A stretch of 64,000 nt of DNA from Candidatus Omnitrophota bacterium (GTDB lineage: Bacteria; Omnitrophota; Gorgyraeia; Tantalellales; Tantalellaceae): assembly GCA_049643885.1 (NCBI GenBank), contig JBARQV010000029.1, positions 24,997-88,996 on the forward strand, in the 5' to 3' direction. The translations under genes and the position numbers were made by a program. Position 1 is the first letter of the stretch, and the number at the start of each line of letters is the position of its first letter. This document shows, piece after piece, positions 1-9,919 of this stretch. The notes below the pieces were generated by a model. That model was not told where the DNA came from. It saw only the letters and a list, made by a program, of their open reading frames with translations, and made no database searches.

Positions 1-58
1 TCATCGCCCCATTGGGCTCCTACAAGTACCGTTACCTGATCCATAAGCTCTTTTCTTC

Positions 59-799
59 CTATCTCCTTTGCGGTTGCGGCGGCAGAGGCGGAGGCTTTGG
101 CGGAGTATATACTTTCGGCGGTTCCGGCGGCGGAGAAGGAGGCTGCACGGGTTGCTGCGGCGGACGGGGTATGCTCCGTATACTCCTCATCAACTGTTCC
201 TGCTGCTGAATCTGCCTTACAAGCCTTTCCGTGTGTATCCTCGTCGCTTCGTGATTCACTCTTACGAACAACTTATATAATGTGTCCTTGTCCAGGTCCT
301 TCAGATCTACAAGGACACCTTCCGAAGAAGCATGATAATACCTCGGTTCACCTTCTTCTGTATCTTCTCCTCTTGAAAGAGACGGAATGATATCTATTAT
401 CTGAGGGTAAACCTTTAACCGCCGTTCAATGTTTTCCAACATTTTCGCTTTTGGAAGCATAGGCCTTGTTTTCTTCTCGGGAGGAGCAACTCTCTTCGGC
501 CTCTTTTCCGGTACTCTTTCAGGAGCCTTTTCCGGAACCTCCTCCGGTGCTTCCTCGGGGATCTCTTCCGGCGCAATTTCCTGAACCGGCGGCGTTTTCT
601 CCTCGATCATCCTGGCGGGTTCTTTAACCGCAACCGGTACCTTTGTCTTGGGCGCTTTTTCCTTCGCGAAACGCGCAGAAAACCTTTCCCAAAATCTTAT
701 AAGAACACCTTTTGGTCTTTCCGCATAGGCGGGAGTAGATAAGATGAGAGCCGCGCTGATCAAAAGTAAAATCAATGGATCCCTGCGGCCTCGTCTCAT
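59..799 (-). CDS. Proline-rich secreted hypothetical protein. It has an N-terminal signal peptide, PE/EEAPEE-type low-complexity repeats and a PPPPLPPQP C-terminal tail.
   Basis: 246-aa ORF. The N-terminus MRRGRRDPLILLLISAALILSTPAYA is signal-peptide-like and the rest is Pro/Glu/Lys rich. I recognise no homology. Confidence 0.45.
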   Translation of the reverse strand: MRRGRRDPLILLLISAALILSTPAYAERPKGVLIRFWERFSARFAKEKAPKTKVPVAVKEPARMIEEKTPPVQEIAPEEIPEEAPEEVPEKAPERVPEKRPKRVAPPEKKTRPMLPKAKMLENIERRLKVYPQIIDIIPSLSRGEDTEEGEPRYYHASSEGVLVDLKDLDKDTLYKLFVRVNHEATRIHTERLVRQIQQQEQLMRSIRSIPRPPQQPVQPPSPPPEPPKVYTPPKPPPLPPQPQRR

Positions 800-823
800 G
801 TTTCCAACCGATCTTCAATCATC

Positions 824-2092
824 CTATCTCTTGCCCACATCGGCCAAAGGCGACATGGTAAATATCTTCCCGGCTATGTCGGGGTATTTGGCAATGAACA
901 AAAGCTCCTCACGGATCAAAGGTTTCTGGGTATGGACGTTCGCGTAACGGACCAGCTCCAGTATCTTCACCGCTTCTTTCTCGTTCTTGAATTTGACTTC
1001 CAGCTTGTTGTAAACGTTCCTGAATCCCCTGATCCCGCTGTATTCACCGGCAGTGATATCTCTCCCTGTCTCGATGATCTCCGGATCGCCCCTTCCAAGC
1101 TCTTCGAAATCGTAAAGCTCATAGTTCCTTCTATCTTTCAGCGCGCCGTCCGCGTGTATCCCGGATTCATGCGCGAACGCGTTTGCCCCCACGCCGACCT
1201 GGTTGACCGGGATCGGTATCCCGAAAGCATAGGAAGCGTATTTGGCTATCTTCCAGGCTATTTTGAGGTTGATACGCGGGTCAAGTTTGTATTTCGGGTT
1301 GTTCGCAAAACCGCTGGAATATTTTACGGCCAGGATACAGCTGACCAGGTCCGCGTTGCCGGCCCTTTCCCCTAAACCGTTGATGGTAGTGTTGATATAA
1401 GCGTCGGCCCCGTTGTCAACGGCGGCTTTAGCGCCTGCCACTGACACAGCCACTACCATCCCCAGGTCGTTGTGACAATGGAGTTCGATAGGTATTTTTA
1501 CCGCACTGGCTATCGCGGAGACCCTGTCATAGATAGTGAAAGGATCGTCATAACCTAATGTGTCGCAATATCTGAAACGCGCCGCTCCCGCTGCTTTAGC
1601 CGCTTGGGCGAACTCTATCAGGTAACCCAGATCGCTCCTGGACGCGTCTTCCGCGTTGACCCCGGTGGCCTTAATACCTCTCTTTTTAGCCAGTTTGATC
1701 GCCTTGACAACGGAATTTATGATATCAGCCTTGCTGAGCTTCCCGCCGAACTTGTGTTTGATCATCTGGTCCGACGTCGAAATGGACATATTGAGATACT
1801 CGACATTCGTAAGCTTGGTGGCCGTCTCAACGTCCTTCTCGATAGCCCTTATCCAGCCGGAAAGCCTCATCGGGTAGATGACCTTCTTCTTTGCCAATTC
1901 AAGATTGGCATTAAGGTAATTGATCTCGTGATGAGTGAACGGAAAACCGAATTCAGACTGGAAAACACCCATCTTGTTGAGATAGATATTGACCATGGTC
2001 TTCTGGAGTTTTGACAGGCCCAGCTTGGAGGTCTGGACCCCGTCACGGTTAGTAACATCGATGATCCTGATCATATTTTTCTTCTGTGCCAT
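824..2092 (-). CDS. HMGL-like (DRE-TIM) alpha-ketoacid/acetyl-CoA condensing enzyme, short form: homocitrate, citramalate or 2-isopropylmalate synthase family.
   Basis: N-terminal motif IDVTNRDGVQ (compare DTTLRDGEQ) and an HCHNDLGM metal site. At 422 aa it has no LeuA-type C-terminal regulatory domain. Confidence 0.75.
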   Translation of the reverse strand: MAQKKNMIRIIDVTNRDGVQTSKLGLSKLQKTMVNIYLNKMGVFQSEFGFPFTHHEINYLNANLELAKKKVIYPMRLSGWIRAIEKDVETATKLTNVEYLNMSISTSDQMIKHKFGGKLSKADIINSVVKAIKLAKKRGIKATGVNAEDASRSDLGYLIEFAQAAKAAGAARFRYCDTLGYDDPFTIYDRVSAIASAVKIPIELHCHNDLGMVVAVSVAGAKAAVDNGADAYINTTINGLGERAGNADLVSCILAVKYSSGFANNPKYKLDPRINLKIAWKIAKYASYAFGIPIPVNQVGVGANAFAHESGIHADGALKDRRNYELYDFEELGRGDPEIIETGRDITAGEYSGIRGFRNVYNKLEVKFKNEKEAVKILELVRYANVHTQKPLIREELLFIAKYPDIAGKIFTMSPLADVGKR

Positions 2093-2105
2093 TCGATCGC
2101 CTCCT

Positions 2106-3701
2106 TCAGACTACGACCCTGACCTGCTTTACGCCATTTATATCTTTATACTGTAAAAGCTTTTTTATTACGCTCTTCGGGACCTCGCTGTCCACGTTCA
2201 GCAAGCTGATCGCCTGCCCCTTTTTCTTCTCCCTTCCGAAACTCATTTCGGCGATGTTGATATTATGCTTGCCCAAGATCGTCCCGATCTTACCCACGAC
2301 CCCGGGGGTGTCTTTATTTGACACTATCAGCATGTAACCCTCGGGGATGGCTTCCACGTAATACTTATCTATTTTGATTATCCTGGGTTCTTTATTGGCA
2401 AAAAGCGTTCCCATGATGAAATGCTTTTTCTTCCCGGTATCGAGCTCGACGCTTATCAGGTTCGCGAAATCGGTGATCTTTGAAGTCTTTTTCTCGATGA
2501 TCTTTATACCTCTTTCCTCCGCTATCAAAAGTGAGTTAACGTAATTTACCTGTTCCTCCAGGATCGGGTTGAAGATCCCCTTCATCAGCGCCCTGGTGAT
2601 AACAGCGACATCCACATCGGCGACCTCTCCTATGTAATTCACCTTTATGGTCTTTATGGGCTCGTCGACAAGCTGCGACTGGATAGAGCCCAGTCTTTCG
2701 GCCAGATTGACATAGGGCTGAATGGTCTCCACGGCTTCCGCTTCAACGGCCGGAACGTTCGCGGCATTGCGGTAACCCCTGCCTAGCAGAGCGTCAGACA
2801 CTGATCTGGCTATGTCTATGGCCACGTTGACCTGGGCTTCCTCTGTCGACGCTCCCAGGTGCGGCGTAGTAATGACGTTCTCCATCTTATAGACCGGGCT
2901 GTCGAGCGGAGGTTTGGCCTTCGTCTCGTAAACATCAAGCGCGGCCCCTGCAACTTTGCCCGACTTGATGTACTTGGCCAGGGCTTTTTCGTCCACGATC
3001 CCTCCCCTGGCGGCATTTACGATCCTGACCCCTGTTTTCATCTTCTGGAAGGCTTTTTCGTCGAGAAGGTGGCGGGTCTCTTCGGTAAGAGGCGTATGGA
3101 TCGTTATGAAATCTGACATTTTCAGCAAAGTATTAAAATCAACCGGCTCCGCGTTCAGGGATTTCGCTTTCTCCCCTGAAAGAAACGGGTCGTACGCGAC
3201 GACTTTCATCCCGAAGCTGAGAGCCCTTTTTGCGAATTCCGCGCCTATGCGGCCGAGCCCGATGATCCCCAGGACCTTGCCGTAAAGCTCGACTCCCATG
3301 AACTTTTTCCTGTCCCAATTTCCCTGTTTTACCGAATCGTTAGCTTGGGGAATGCTCCTTGCCAGGGACAGCATGAGGCTGAACGCGTGTTCAGCGGTCG
3401 ACATGGTATTGCCGGCAGGAGCGTTCATTACCACGATGCCTTTCTTGGACGCGGCTTTCACATCCACGTTATCAAGCCCTACACCGGCCCTTCCGACAAC
3501 CTTCAGCTTATCTGCCGCATCGATTATCTTCTTCGTGACCGTAGTTCCGCTGCGTATGATAAGAGCGTCGTATCTTTTTATTTTTTTTGCTAGTTCGCTT
3601 TCGGAAAGCTCGGATACTTCATCGACCTTGAACTTGTTATCTTTTAAGATAGCAACTCCTTCTTTCGATAATGGATCGCTTACCAGGACTTTGATGACCA
3701 T
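2106..3701 (-). CDS. serA: D-3-phosphoglycerate dehydrogenase with C-terminal ACT domain
   Basis: 531 aa with a 2-hydroxyacid dehydrogenase NAD-binding motif (GIIGLGRIG), a catalytic region and a C-terminal ACT region. Confidence 0.9.
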   Translation of the reverse strand: MVIKVLVSDPLSKEGVAILKDNKFKVDEVSELSESELAKKIKRYDALIIRSGTTVTKKIIDAADKLKVVGRAGVGLDNVDVKAASKKGIVVMNAPAGNTMSTAEHAFSLMLSLARSIPQANDSVKQGNWDRKKFMGVELYGKVLGIIGLGRIGAEFAKRALSFGMKVVAYDPFLSGEKAKSLNAEPVDFNTLLKMSDFITIHTPLTEETRHLLDEKAFQKMKTGVRIVNAARGGIVDEKALAKYIKSGKVAGAALDVYETKAKPPLDSPVYKMENVITTPHLGASTEEAQVNVAIDIARSVSDALLGRGYRNAANVPAVEAEAVETIQPYVNLAERLGSIQSQLVDEPIKTIKVNYIGEVADVDVAVITRALMKGIFNPILEEQVNYVNSLLIAEERGIKIIEKKTSKITDFANLISVELDTGKKKHFIMGTLFANKEPRIIKIDKYYVEAIPEGYMLIVSNKDTPGVVGKIGTILGKHNINIAEMSFGREKKKGQAISLLNVDSEVPKSVIKKLLQYKDINGVKQVRVVV

Positions 3702-3729
3702 ATCCGCCTTCCTTTCTATTCGGTGTTCC

Positions 3730-4860
3730 TTATTTAAAAAGTTCCTGGGCTTTTCCTACGCCCTTGCCTAACTCTACCTTATACCCCAACTGATCAAGGA
3801 CTATCTCCACTCCGGCTATGGCGGAGATGGTATCATACTCATCCATATAGCCGAGATGGGCGATCCTGAATATCTTGCCCTTGACCGAACCCTGGCCCCC
3901 GGCTATCGTCACGCTCTGTTCATCACGCATCTTTTTCACCAGCGCGGCCCCGTCCACGCCTTCGGGCACCTTCACAGCGGTAACCGCGTTCGAAGGGCGC
4001 TTTGCGAAAAGTTCCAGGCCCAGCTTCTTCATCGCTTCGCGGGTGGCTTTCGCCAGCCTGGCATGCCTGGCTAAAATATTATCCAGACCTTCACCCAGCA
4101 TCATGTCCAAAACGCCATTAAGCCCGATTATAAGCGAAATGGCCGGCGTCCACGGAGTATCATTTTTTTCATAAGCCTTTAAGGCCGCTTTCAGATCAAA
4201 ATAGTATTTCGGAAGGTCCGATTTCTCCGCGAGTTTCCTGGCCTTCTGGCTGACGCTCATGAAGCTGAGCCCCGGCGGGAGCATCAGCCCTTTCTGGGAA
4301 CCAACGACTACCACATCCACGCCCCACTCGTCGGGTTTAAGCTCATCCGCCGACAATCCGCTGACCGCGTCGACCACCAGGATCGTCCCGGTGCCCGAAA
4401 CGACTTTTGCTATTGCCTTGATATCATTCACTATCCCGGTAGACGTCTCGCATAACGTGCTGTAAACCACTTTGACGTCCGGATTTTCCTTTAAAAGCTT
4501 CTCGACGACCGAAGGGTCGGCAGCCTCGCCCCATGTAATATCATAATCTACAGTTCCGACGCCGTAAACCTGGCATATCTCGGCGAACCTCTCGCCGAAC
4601 TTACCGCCTTTGATGACAAGGGCTTTGTCATTTTTGGAAAGGAAATTCACGACAGAAGCTTCCATGGCCCCTGAACCGCTCGAAGCGAATATCAAGACCG
4701 GATTATCCGTGTTAAAGACTTTTTTAAGCTTCTCGTTGACATCCTTTATGACCGCCTGGAACTGAGGCGTCCGGTGGTGAATAATAGTATCTGCCATTTT
4801 CAATAATACTTTTTCCGGCACCGGCGTGGGCCCGGGTGACATCAATCTATACTTTCTCAT
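3730..4860 (-). CDS. Class V aminotransferase: AGXT-type phosphoserine or serine-pyruvate aminotransferase
   Basis: PLP-lysine motif GSQKGLMLPPG, and it lies immediately downstream of serA. Confidence 0.8.
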   Translation of the reverse strand: MRKYRLMSPGPTPVPEKVLLKMADTIIHHRTPQFQAVIKDVNEKLKKVFNTDNPVLIFASSGSGAMEASVVNFLSKNDKALVIKGGKFGERFAEICQVYGVGTVDYDITWGEAADPSVVEKLLKENPDVKVVYSTLCETSTGIVNDIKAIAKVVSGTGTILVVDAVSGLSADELKPDEWGVDVVVVGSQKGLMLPPGLSFMSVSQKARKLAEKSDLPKYYFDLKAALKAYEKNDTPWTPAISLIIGLNGVLDMMLGEGLDNILARHARLAKATREAMKKLGLELFAKRPSNAVTAVKVPEGVDGAALVKKMRDEQSVTIAGGQGSVKGKIFRIAHLGYMDEYDTISAIAGVEIVLDQLGYKVELGKGVGKAQELFK

Positions 4861-4884
4861 CTTTCATCCCTTTCCGCTTAAATA

Positions 4885-5478
4885 TTATTTTTTCGGAATA
4901 TTCTCTATAACGTGATCGACAATACCGTATTTTTTCGCTTCTTCCGCGGTCATGAAAAAATCCCTGTCAGTATCGGTTTTTACGCGGTCATGAGGCTGCC
5001 CGGTGTGCTTTACCAGGATCTGCTCGAGTTCTTCTTTTATCCTAATGATCTCCCTGGCCTGGATATTGATATCAATGGCCGCTCCCTGAACGCCTCCCCA
5101 GGGCTGATGCAGCATGATCCTGGAATGAGGCAAGGCGTAACGTTTGCCTTTAGTCCCCGCGGACAAAAGCACCGCGCCCATACTGGAGGCCTGGCCAACA
5201 CAATAAGTATTCACGTCCGATTTGACGAACTGCATCGTGTCATAGATCGAAAGGCCGCTTGTCACGTTCCCGCCGGGAGTATTTATATAAACGTCGATAT
5301 CCTTGTCCGGGTCTTCCATCTGAAGGAACAACAGTTCAGCGATAATAATATTCGCCACGTTGTCGTCGATCGGGGAACCTATAAAAACTATCCTGTCCTT
5401 GAGTAGCCGCGAATAAATGTCATAAGCCCTTTCGACCCTGCCTTCTTTTTCAATGACCATCGGTATTACGCTCATCAT
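4885..5478 (-). CDS. clpP: ATP-dependent Clp protease proteolytic subunit
   Basis: 197 aa with typical ClpP motifs (GxASSMGA, MIHQP). Confidence 0.95.
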   Translation of the reverse strand: MMSVIPMVIEKEGRVERAYDIYSRLLKDRIVFIGSPIDDNVANIIIAELLFLQMEDPDKDIDVYINTPGGNVTSGLSIYDTMQFVKSDVNTYCVGQASSMGAVLLSAGTKGKRYALPHSRIMLHQPWGGVQGAAIDINIQAREIIRIKEELEQILVKHTGQPHDRVKTDTDRDFFMTAEEAKKYGIVDHVIENIPKK

Positions 5479-5485
5479 CCCCTCC

Positions 5486-6763
5486 CTAGTCTTTTTCTGT
5501 TACTGCCGCTTCTGAAAGCAAAAAATCAAGGGTCTTCTCTTCCCTGAGTTGTTCCCTTAAACCGTCTATCAGATCTTTTTCTTCGTAATATTTCTTCACG
5601 TCCTCGAATTTTTGCCCGTAAGCCCCAGCCAGAGATCTCAACCAGTTCTCGATCTCTTCCTCTCCAACGGATATTTTTTCTTCGTCCGCGATCCGGCCCA
5701 GTATGAAATACAGTTTGACTTTATTCTCGGCATCAGCCCGCAGGCTTTGTTCCAGTTTGCTCTTTTCCGACTCTATATTTTCGGGGGCGACCCCTTTCTG
5801 TGCCAATTCGTTCCCGGCCCTCTCGACAAGAACAGCAAGCTGCCTTTTGACCATGGATTCGGGAGCAGCAAAGTCATGGTTTTTGAGCAATTGTTCCATG
5901 ATCTGGTTCATCATGTTGACTTTCTCATGGTGTTCTTTTTTTCGCTTTAACTGGTCGCGGATCTCGCCCCGGACTTCATCCATATTGCTTTTTTCCATTT
6001 TCTTAGCCAGATCCTCGCCCACCTCGGGCAGTTTTTTCTGGCGCACCTCTTTGACCTCGACATTGAACGTGGCATCCTTACCGGCATACTTCTTGTCCGG
6101 ATAGTTTTCCGGAAGCTTAACATCTATATCCTTGCCGTCGCCTTTTTTCATGCCGCAAAGTTCTTCACCCAGCCCCAGCAAAGAAGATTCCTTATCGGCC
6201 TCGATCCACATGTTCATGTGTTTTTTGCTGATCGATACGCCGGCGACGAAGGCTTCCACGTCGCAGATCCCGAAATCGCCTTTCTCTATGGAGCTGTCTT
6301 TTTCGGTATATTCGGCGTGTATATTTCGCATATGTCCAAGCGCTTCCTCGACTTCCTTGTCGCTGACATCCATTTTCCGGCCTATGACCTTCAAACCCTT
6401 ATACTTGCGCAGCTTGATCTCCGGGAAAATATCCACCTTGGCTACGAAGGTCATGCCCACGGACGGATCCAGGGAAATGTCCGATACCTCCGGATAACTT
6501 ACAGTTGAAAGGTCATGTTCCGCCAGCGCTTGCTGATAAGCGTCAGGGATCAGGCGCTTTTTTGCCTCGTCCAAAGCTTCTTTCTCATACTTCTTCCGGA
6601 TAATGTCAAGCGGGGCCTTGCCTTCCCTGAAACCGTTTATCTTAGCATTTTTTCTTATCCCTTCCAGGGTCTCATTAAGAACTGTGCTTACTTCCTCGGA
6701 AGTAAGCACCACCTCCAGCTGTCTCGCCGTGCCTCCCAGTTTCTTTAACTTGCTTTTCATCAA
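5486..6763 (-). CDS. tig: Trigger factor
   Basis: 425 aa with N-terminal ribosome-binding, PPIase and C-terminal domains, in the classic tig-clpP arrangement. Confidence 0.9.
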   Translation of the reverse strand: MMKSKLKKLGGTARQLEVVLTSEEVSTVLNETLEGIRKNAKINGFREGKAPLDIIRKKYEKEALDEAKKRLIPDAYQQALAEHDLSTVSYPEVSDISLDPSVGMTFVAKVDIFPEIKLRKYKGLKVIGRKMDVSDKEVEEALGHMRNIHAEYTEKDSSIEKGDFGICDVEAFVAGVSISKKHMNMWIEADKESSLLGLGEELCGMKKGDGKDIDVKLPENYPDKKYAGKDATFNVEVKEVRQKKLPEVGEDLAKKMEKSNMDEVRGEIRDQLKRKKEHHEKVNMMNQIMEQLLKNHDFAAPESMVKRQLAVLVERAGNELAQKGVAPENIESEKSKLEQSLRADAENKVKLYFILGRIADEEKISVGEEEIENWLRSLAGAYGQKFEDVKKYYEEKDLIDGLREQLREEKTLDFLLSEAAVTEKD

Positions 6764-6782
6764 ATTCAGCCTTCCGCCTTTG

Positions 6783-7328
6783 TTAAAATTTGGGTTCGAT
6801 CAACCCGTAATTACCGTCGTTTTTCTTATACAGGACATTAACTTCTCCCGTATCAGCGTTTTTGAACATGACAAAAACCGCCTTTATGACATCCAGTTCC
6901 ATTTTTGCTTCTTCCGGCAGCATCGGTTTGGGAGCGAAAGCGCTCATCTTAATGATCACTCCTCCCTGATCCGGACTGCTCTCTTCGGATTCCCGGAAAC
7001 GGATGACCGGACCAATGATCCTGTCAAACACGGCCTTCCGCCTCCTGGACTGAAGCTTACCCCTTAATCTCCTTAACTGCTTTTTGACATTCTCTGCGGC
7101 ATTGTCGATAGAAGCGTAGATGTCCGGGGAACTTTCCCTGGCCACTATCCTTGTCTTTTTAAGGTGCAGGATAACTTCCGCTTCCTGCCTGATCTTCGCC
7201 TGTTCCAGTATGACCTCACAACTGTTTATCCGGCTGTAGATACGCCCCAGCTTATTCATCCTTTTATTTACATAATCTTTTAATGTGTCTGTCAGCTCAA
7301 TGTTTCTTCCCGTGATCGTAATTTCCAT
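6783..7328 (-). CDS. hpf: Ribosome hibernation promoting factor, long form
   Basis: 181 aa. The N-terminus MEITITGRNIELTDTLKDYV is the hallmark of RaiA/HPF, and a C-terminal dimerisation domain is present. Confidence 0.9.
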   Translation of the reverse strand: MEITITGRNIELTDTLKDYVNKRMNKLGRIYSRINSCEVILEQAKIRQEAEVILHLKKTRIVARESSPDIYASIDNAAENVKKQLRRLRGKLQSRRRKAVFDRIIGPVIRFRESEESSPDQGGVIIKMSAFAPKPMLPEEAKMELDVIKAVFVMFKNADTGEVNVLYKKNDGNYGLIEPKF

Positions 7329-7378
7329 TTTCCGGCTCCTTTGCTTACAACATCAGAACTACAAATTTAGAAGGTAAC

Positions 7379-7407
7379 AATATACCATTACGAATTTCTT
7401 TTTGCAA
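7379..7407 (-). promoter_or_regulatory. Sigma-70-like promoter for hpf: TTGCAA-N17-TATATT, read on the minus strand.
   Basis: Seen directly in the sequence. The spacing to the AAGGAG RBS and the hpf ATG at 7328 is appropriate. Confidence 0.45.
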
Positions 7408-7414
7408 TGTATTT

Positions 7415-7430
7415 TGTGAATTTTTTCACA
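7415..7430. promoter_or_regulatory. Perfect TGTGA-N6-TCACA palindrome, a CRP/FNR-family-type site, just upstream of the hpf -35.
   Basis: The exact string tgtgaattttttcaca. Whether it functions is an inference. Confidence 0.3.
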
Positions 7431-7434
7431 AACT

Positions 7435-8157
7435 TTACATAGAGAATCTCTCACCCAGATATATCTCTCGTGCCTTGGGATCGTTAATGAGCTCATCCCT
7501 TGTCCCGGCTATGAGTACCTGGCCCTCATACATTATATAGGCCCTGTCGGTTATGCTCAGGGTCTCCCTTACGTTATGGTCTGTCAGCAAGATCCCCAGG
7601 CCTATTTTCTTAAGGTCCTTTATCATTTCCTGGCAATCAAATACCGCGATCGGGTCGATCCCGCTGAACGGTTCGTCTAGCAAAATGAACATGGGGTTGG
7701 TCACCATCGACCTGGTGATCTCGAGCCTCCTTCTTTCCCCGCCCGACAGCGTATATGCTTTGTTCTTGCGCAGATGTGATATCTTGAGCTGGTTGAGCAG
7801 GATATCCAGCTGCCTCTTGCGCTCACTGCGCGGAAAATCCAGTGTCTCCATTACAGCCATGATATTCTCTTCCACTGTAAGCTTCCGGAAAATAGACGGT
7901 TCCTGGGACAGGTAACCTATCCCGGCACGGGCTCTCTGGTGTATCGGTAATTTAGTGATGTCTTTCTTATCGAATATTATGTGCCCTCTGTCCGGCCTTA
8001 CTATCCCTGTGACCATATAGAACGTAGTGGTCTTCCCAGCTCCATTCGGGCCTAAAAGACCGACGACTTCGCCTTTTCCCACGTTTATACTTACATCCCT
8101 TACTACTTTTCTGCCCCCGTATTCCTTGACCAGGTTCCTGGTTTCAAGTAAATGCAT
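7435..8157 (-). CDS. lptB: LPS export ABC transporter ATP-binding protein
   Basis: 240 aa with Walker A GPNGAGKTT and an ABC signature. A GAGGAGG RBS lies upstream. Confidence 0.9.
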   Translation of the reverse strand: MHLLETRNLVKEYGGRKVVRDVSINVGKGEVVGLLGPNGAGKTTTFYMVTGIVRPDRGHIIFDKKDITKLPIHQRARAGIGYLSQEPSIFRKLTVEENIMAVMETLDFPRSERKRQLDILLNQLKISHLRKNKAYTLSGGERRRLEITRSMVTNPMFILLDEPFSGIDPIAVFDCQEMIKDLKKIGLGILLTDHNVRETLSITDRAYIMYEGQVLIAGTRDELINDPKAREIYLGERFSM

Positions 8158-8168
8158 ATGCCTCCTCG

Positions 8169-9035
8169 CTATCTTCCCACACTCATGCCGTCAAGGTCCG
8201 CCAGTTCTTCCGGATCGATGATTATCCTGGGCCTGCCGCTGAGCTTCGCGCTTTTCGTGCTTTCGGTATAAACAGCTTTTTCGCTGATGGTATAACTTTT
8301 CCCCCTCTTGACCTTGACGTTACCTTCCGCCACTACTTCGGCGATCTTATGGGTGTCCGGGTTGAAATGGACCGTAAGCTTATCCGCAAACATGCGGCCG
8401 TCTTTGTCCTCGACCATGACATTGTCGTTGAAAACCGCCACGTTCTTATCATGGTCGACGACCAGGGGGCCGTCCGATCTTACCTTAGTATCAGGTTTTA
8501 TTTCGACCCTCACGTCTTTTTTAAGCGTCGCCTTCTTCTGCGCCGAATTTGCCTCCCCGCCTTCACCCGTTGCGATCATGTTCTCGCGTTCTATACGTAT
8601 CAGCGCATCGGAACATATCTCCTTGGTGTTCTGCGACCAGGTCGCTTTCTCCGTGGTCAGGACCGCACCTTCGCCCGAAACCACCCTGACGCTGCCGATA
8701 AGGGTCACTTCGCCTTTGTTCTTATTGTAAATACCCGTATCCGAAGTCAAATTGACTGAACCTTCTTCACTATAAGCGACAGCCTTGAGGTCATTGAAAT
8801 GGACTTTCTCTTCGATCATCTCAGCCGATGTCCCTTCAAGATGCCATTGTTTGACGCCCTTTGAGGTCCGCCCGTCAATACTGAATGATGTAAGCTTTTG
8901 TTCGAGCTCTTTCAGGTTTTCAGTGTCCTTATTACCGCCGGCCCTTACTGCTTCCGGGTTATCGCCCCGGACCCAGTAAAAGGTCAACGCAGCTGCGGCG
9001 ACGACAATGCTTAAAAAGAATATCTTCCTTTTCAT
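8169..9035 (-). CDS. OstA-like LPS transport protein, either an LptC/LptA-type single protein or a long LptC, with an N-terminal TM anchor.
   Basis: The start is probably MKRKIFFLSIVV (the ORF track begins 36 nt upstream at 9071). OstA-like beta-jellyroll sequence repeats are present, and the position between lpxL and lptB fits. Confidence 0.6.
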   Translation of the reverse strand: MKRKIFFLSIVVAAAALTFYWVRGDNPEAVRAGGNKDTENLKELEQKLTSFSIDGRTSKGVKQWHLEGTSAEMIEEKVHFNDLKAVAYSEEGSVNLTSDTGIYNKNKGEVTLIGSVRVVSGEGAVLTTEKATWSQNTKEICSDALIRIERENMIATGEGGEANSAQKKATLKKDVRVEIKPDTKVRSDGPLVVDHDKNVAVFNDNVMVEDKDGRMFADKLTVHFNPDTHKIAEVVAEGNVKVKRGKSYTISEKAVYTESTKSAKLSGRPRIIIDPEELADLDGMSVGR

Positions 9036-9919
9036 TTTTGCGTCTTCCACCTCCGGTGGACCCATACCCATTGTTCAGGATATTCTCTCACGTACTTTTC
9101 CAACAGACCCGTCCAGGCCTGGGTGTATTTCTTCACGTCCTCTTCCGTCCCGCTGCCGGCCGTGACATCTATAGGTTTTTCAACTACAAGCTTATGGGTG
9201 TCGTCTTTCTTTCTCACCACGAACACAGGAACTATCTTTGTCCTGGCCGCCATGGCCAGTTTTACCGGCGCCACCGGCGTGAACGCGGGCTTGCCAAAGA
9301 AATCCACGAATACGCCATCGACGCTTTCAACGTCCTGGTCGGGCACTATGCCGAGGATACTGCCATCCTTCAGGACTTTCAGCATCTTCCTGGGCGACTC
9401 GTCCCGATAGATGACCTTCGCGTCAAACCTGTGGCGCATCCTCGTTATGAATTTGTCGTATTTGTGGAAATATATCCTTCTCCCCACAAGTTTACCCGGA
9501 TAGCCCTTCCTCCTTAGATAAACGCCCAGGAGTTCCCAGTTCCCAAAATGGAATCCCAGGACCAGCGCGCCTTTCCCCTCGGCAAGAACACTATCCAGGT
9601 ATTCCAGCCCTTCATTTTCAGTCACAATATCATCCAGATCTTCAGGTTTCATCGAGTAAAGCTTTATCCACTCAGCACCGTTCTTCGCAAAGTTAGAGAA
9701 AACCTTTCTCGCTATTTTCACATTGGCTTCGTGATCATCGCTGAAAACTTCATCCAGATTAGATATGGCGATCTCACGGTACTTGCGAATGAACGCGAAC
9801 CCGGCTTTCCCGAAAAAATCCGCCATAGCCAGGCTTACTTTTAGCGGAATAAAGCTCATGAAAAAGAACAGGATCTTCAGCAAATAATAAACGTAATATC
9901 TCCTGTATTTTATCTTCAT
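9032..9919 (-). CDS. lpxL: Lipid A biosynthesis late (lauroyl/myristoyl) acyltransferase
   Basis: 295 aa with a C-terminal EQWVWVHRRWK motif typical of the HtrB/LpxL family and an N-terminal membrane anchor. Confidence 0.85.
   Translation of the reverse strand: MKIKYRRYYVYYLLKILFFFMSFIPLKVSLAMADFFGKAGFAFIRKYREIAISNLDEVFSDDHEANVKIARKVFSNFAKNGAEWIKLYSMKPEDLDDIVTENEGLEYLDSVLAEGKGALVLGFHFGNWELLGVYLRRKGYPGKLVGRRIYFHKYDKFITRMRHRFDAKVIYRDESPRKMLKVLKDGSILGIVPDQDVESVDGVFVDFFGKPAFTPVAPVKLAMAARTKIVPVFVVRKKDDTHKLVVEKPIDVTAGSGTEEDVKKYTQAWTGLLEKYVREYPEQWVWVHRRWKTQK

Noticed and set aside
12-209. Gly-rich ORF (GGRGGGFGGVYTFGGSGGGEGG) at the window start
   Set aside because: It is antisense to the proline-rich gene at 59-799. 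Gly-rich text is the expected complement of Pro codons, not a real glycine-rich protein.
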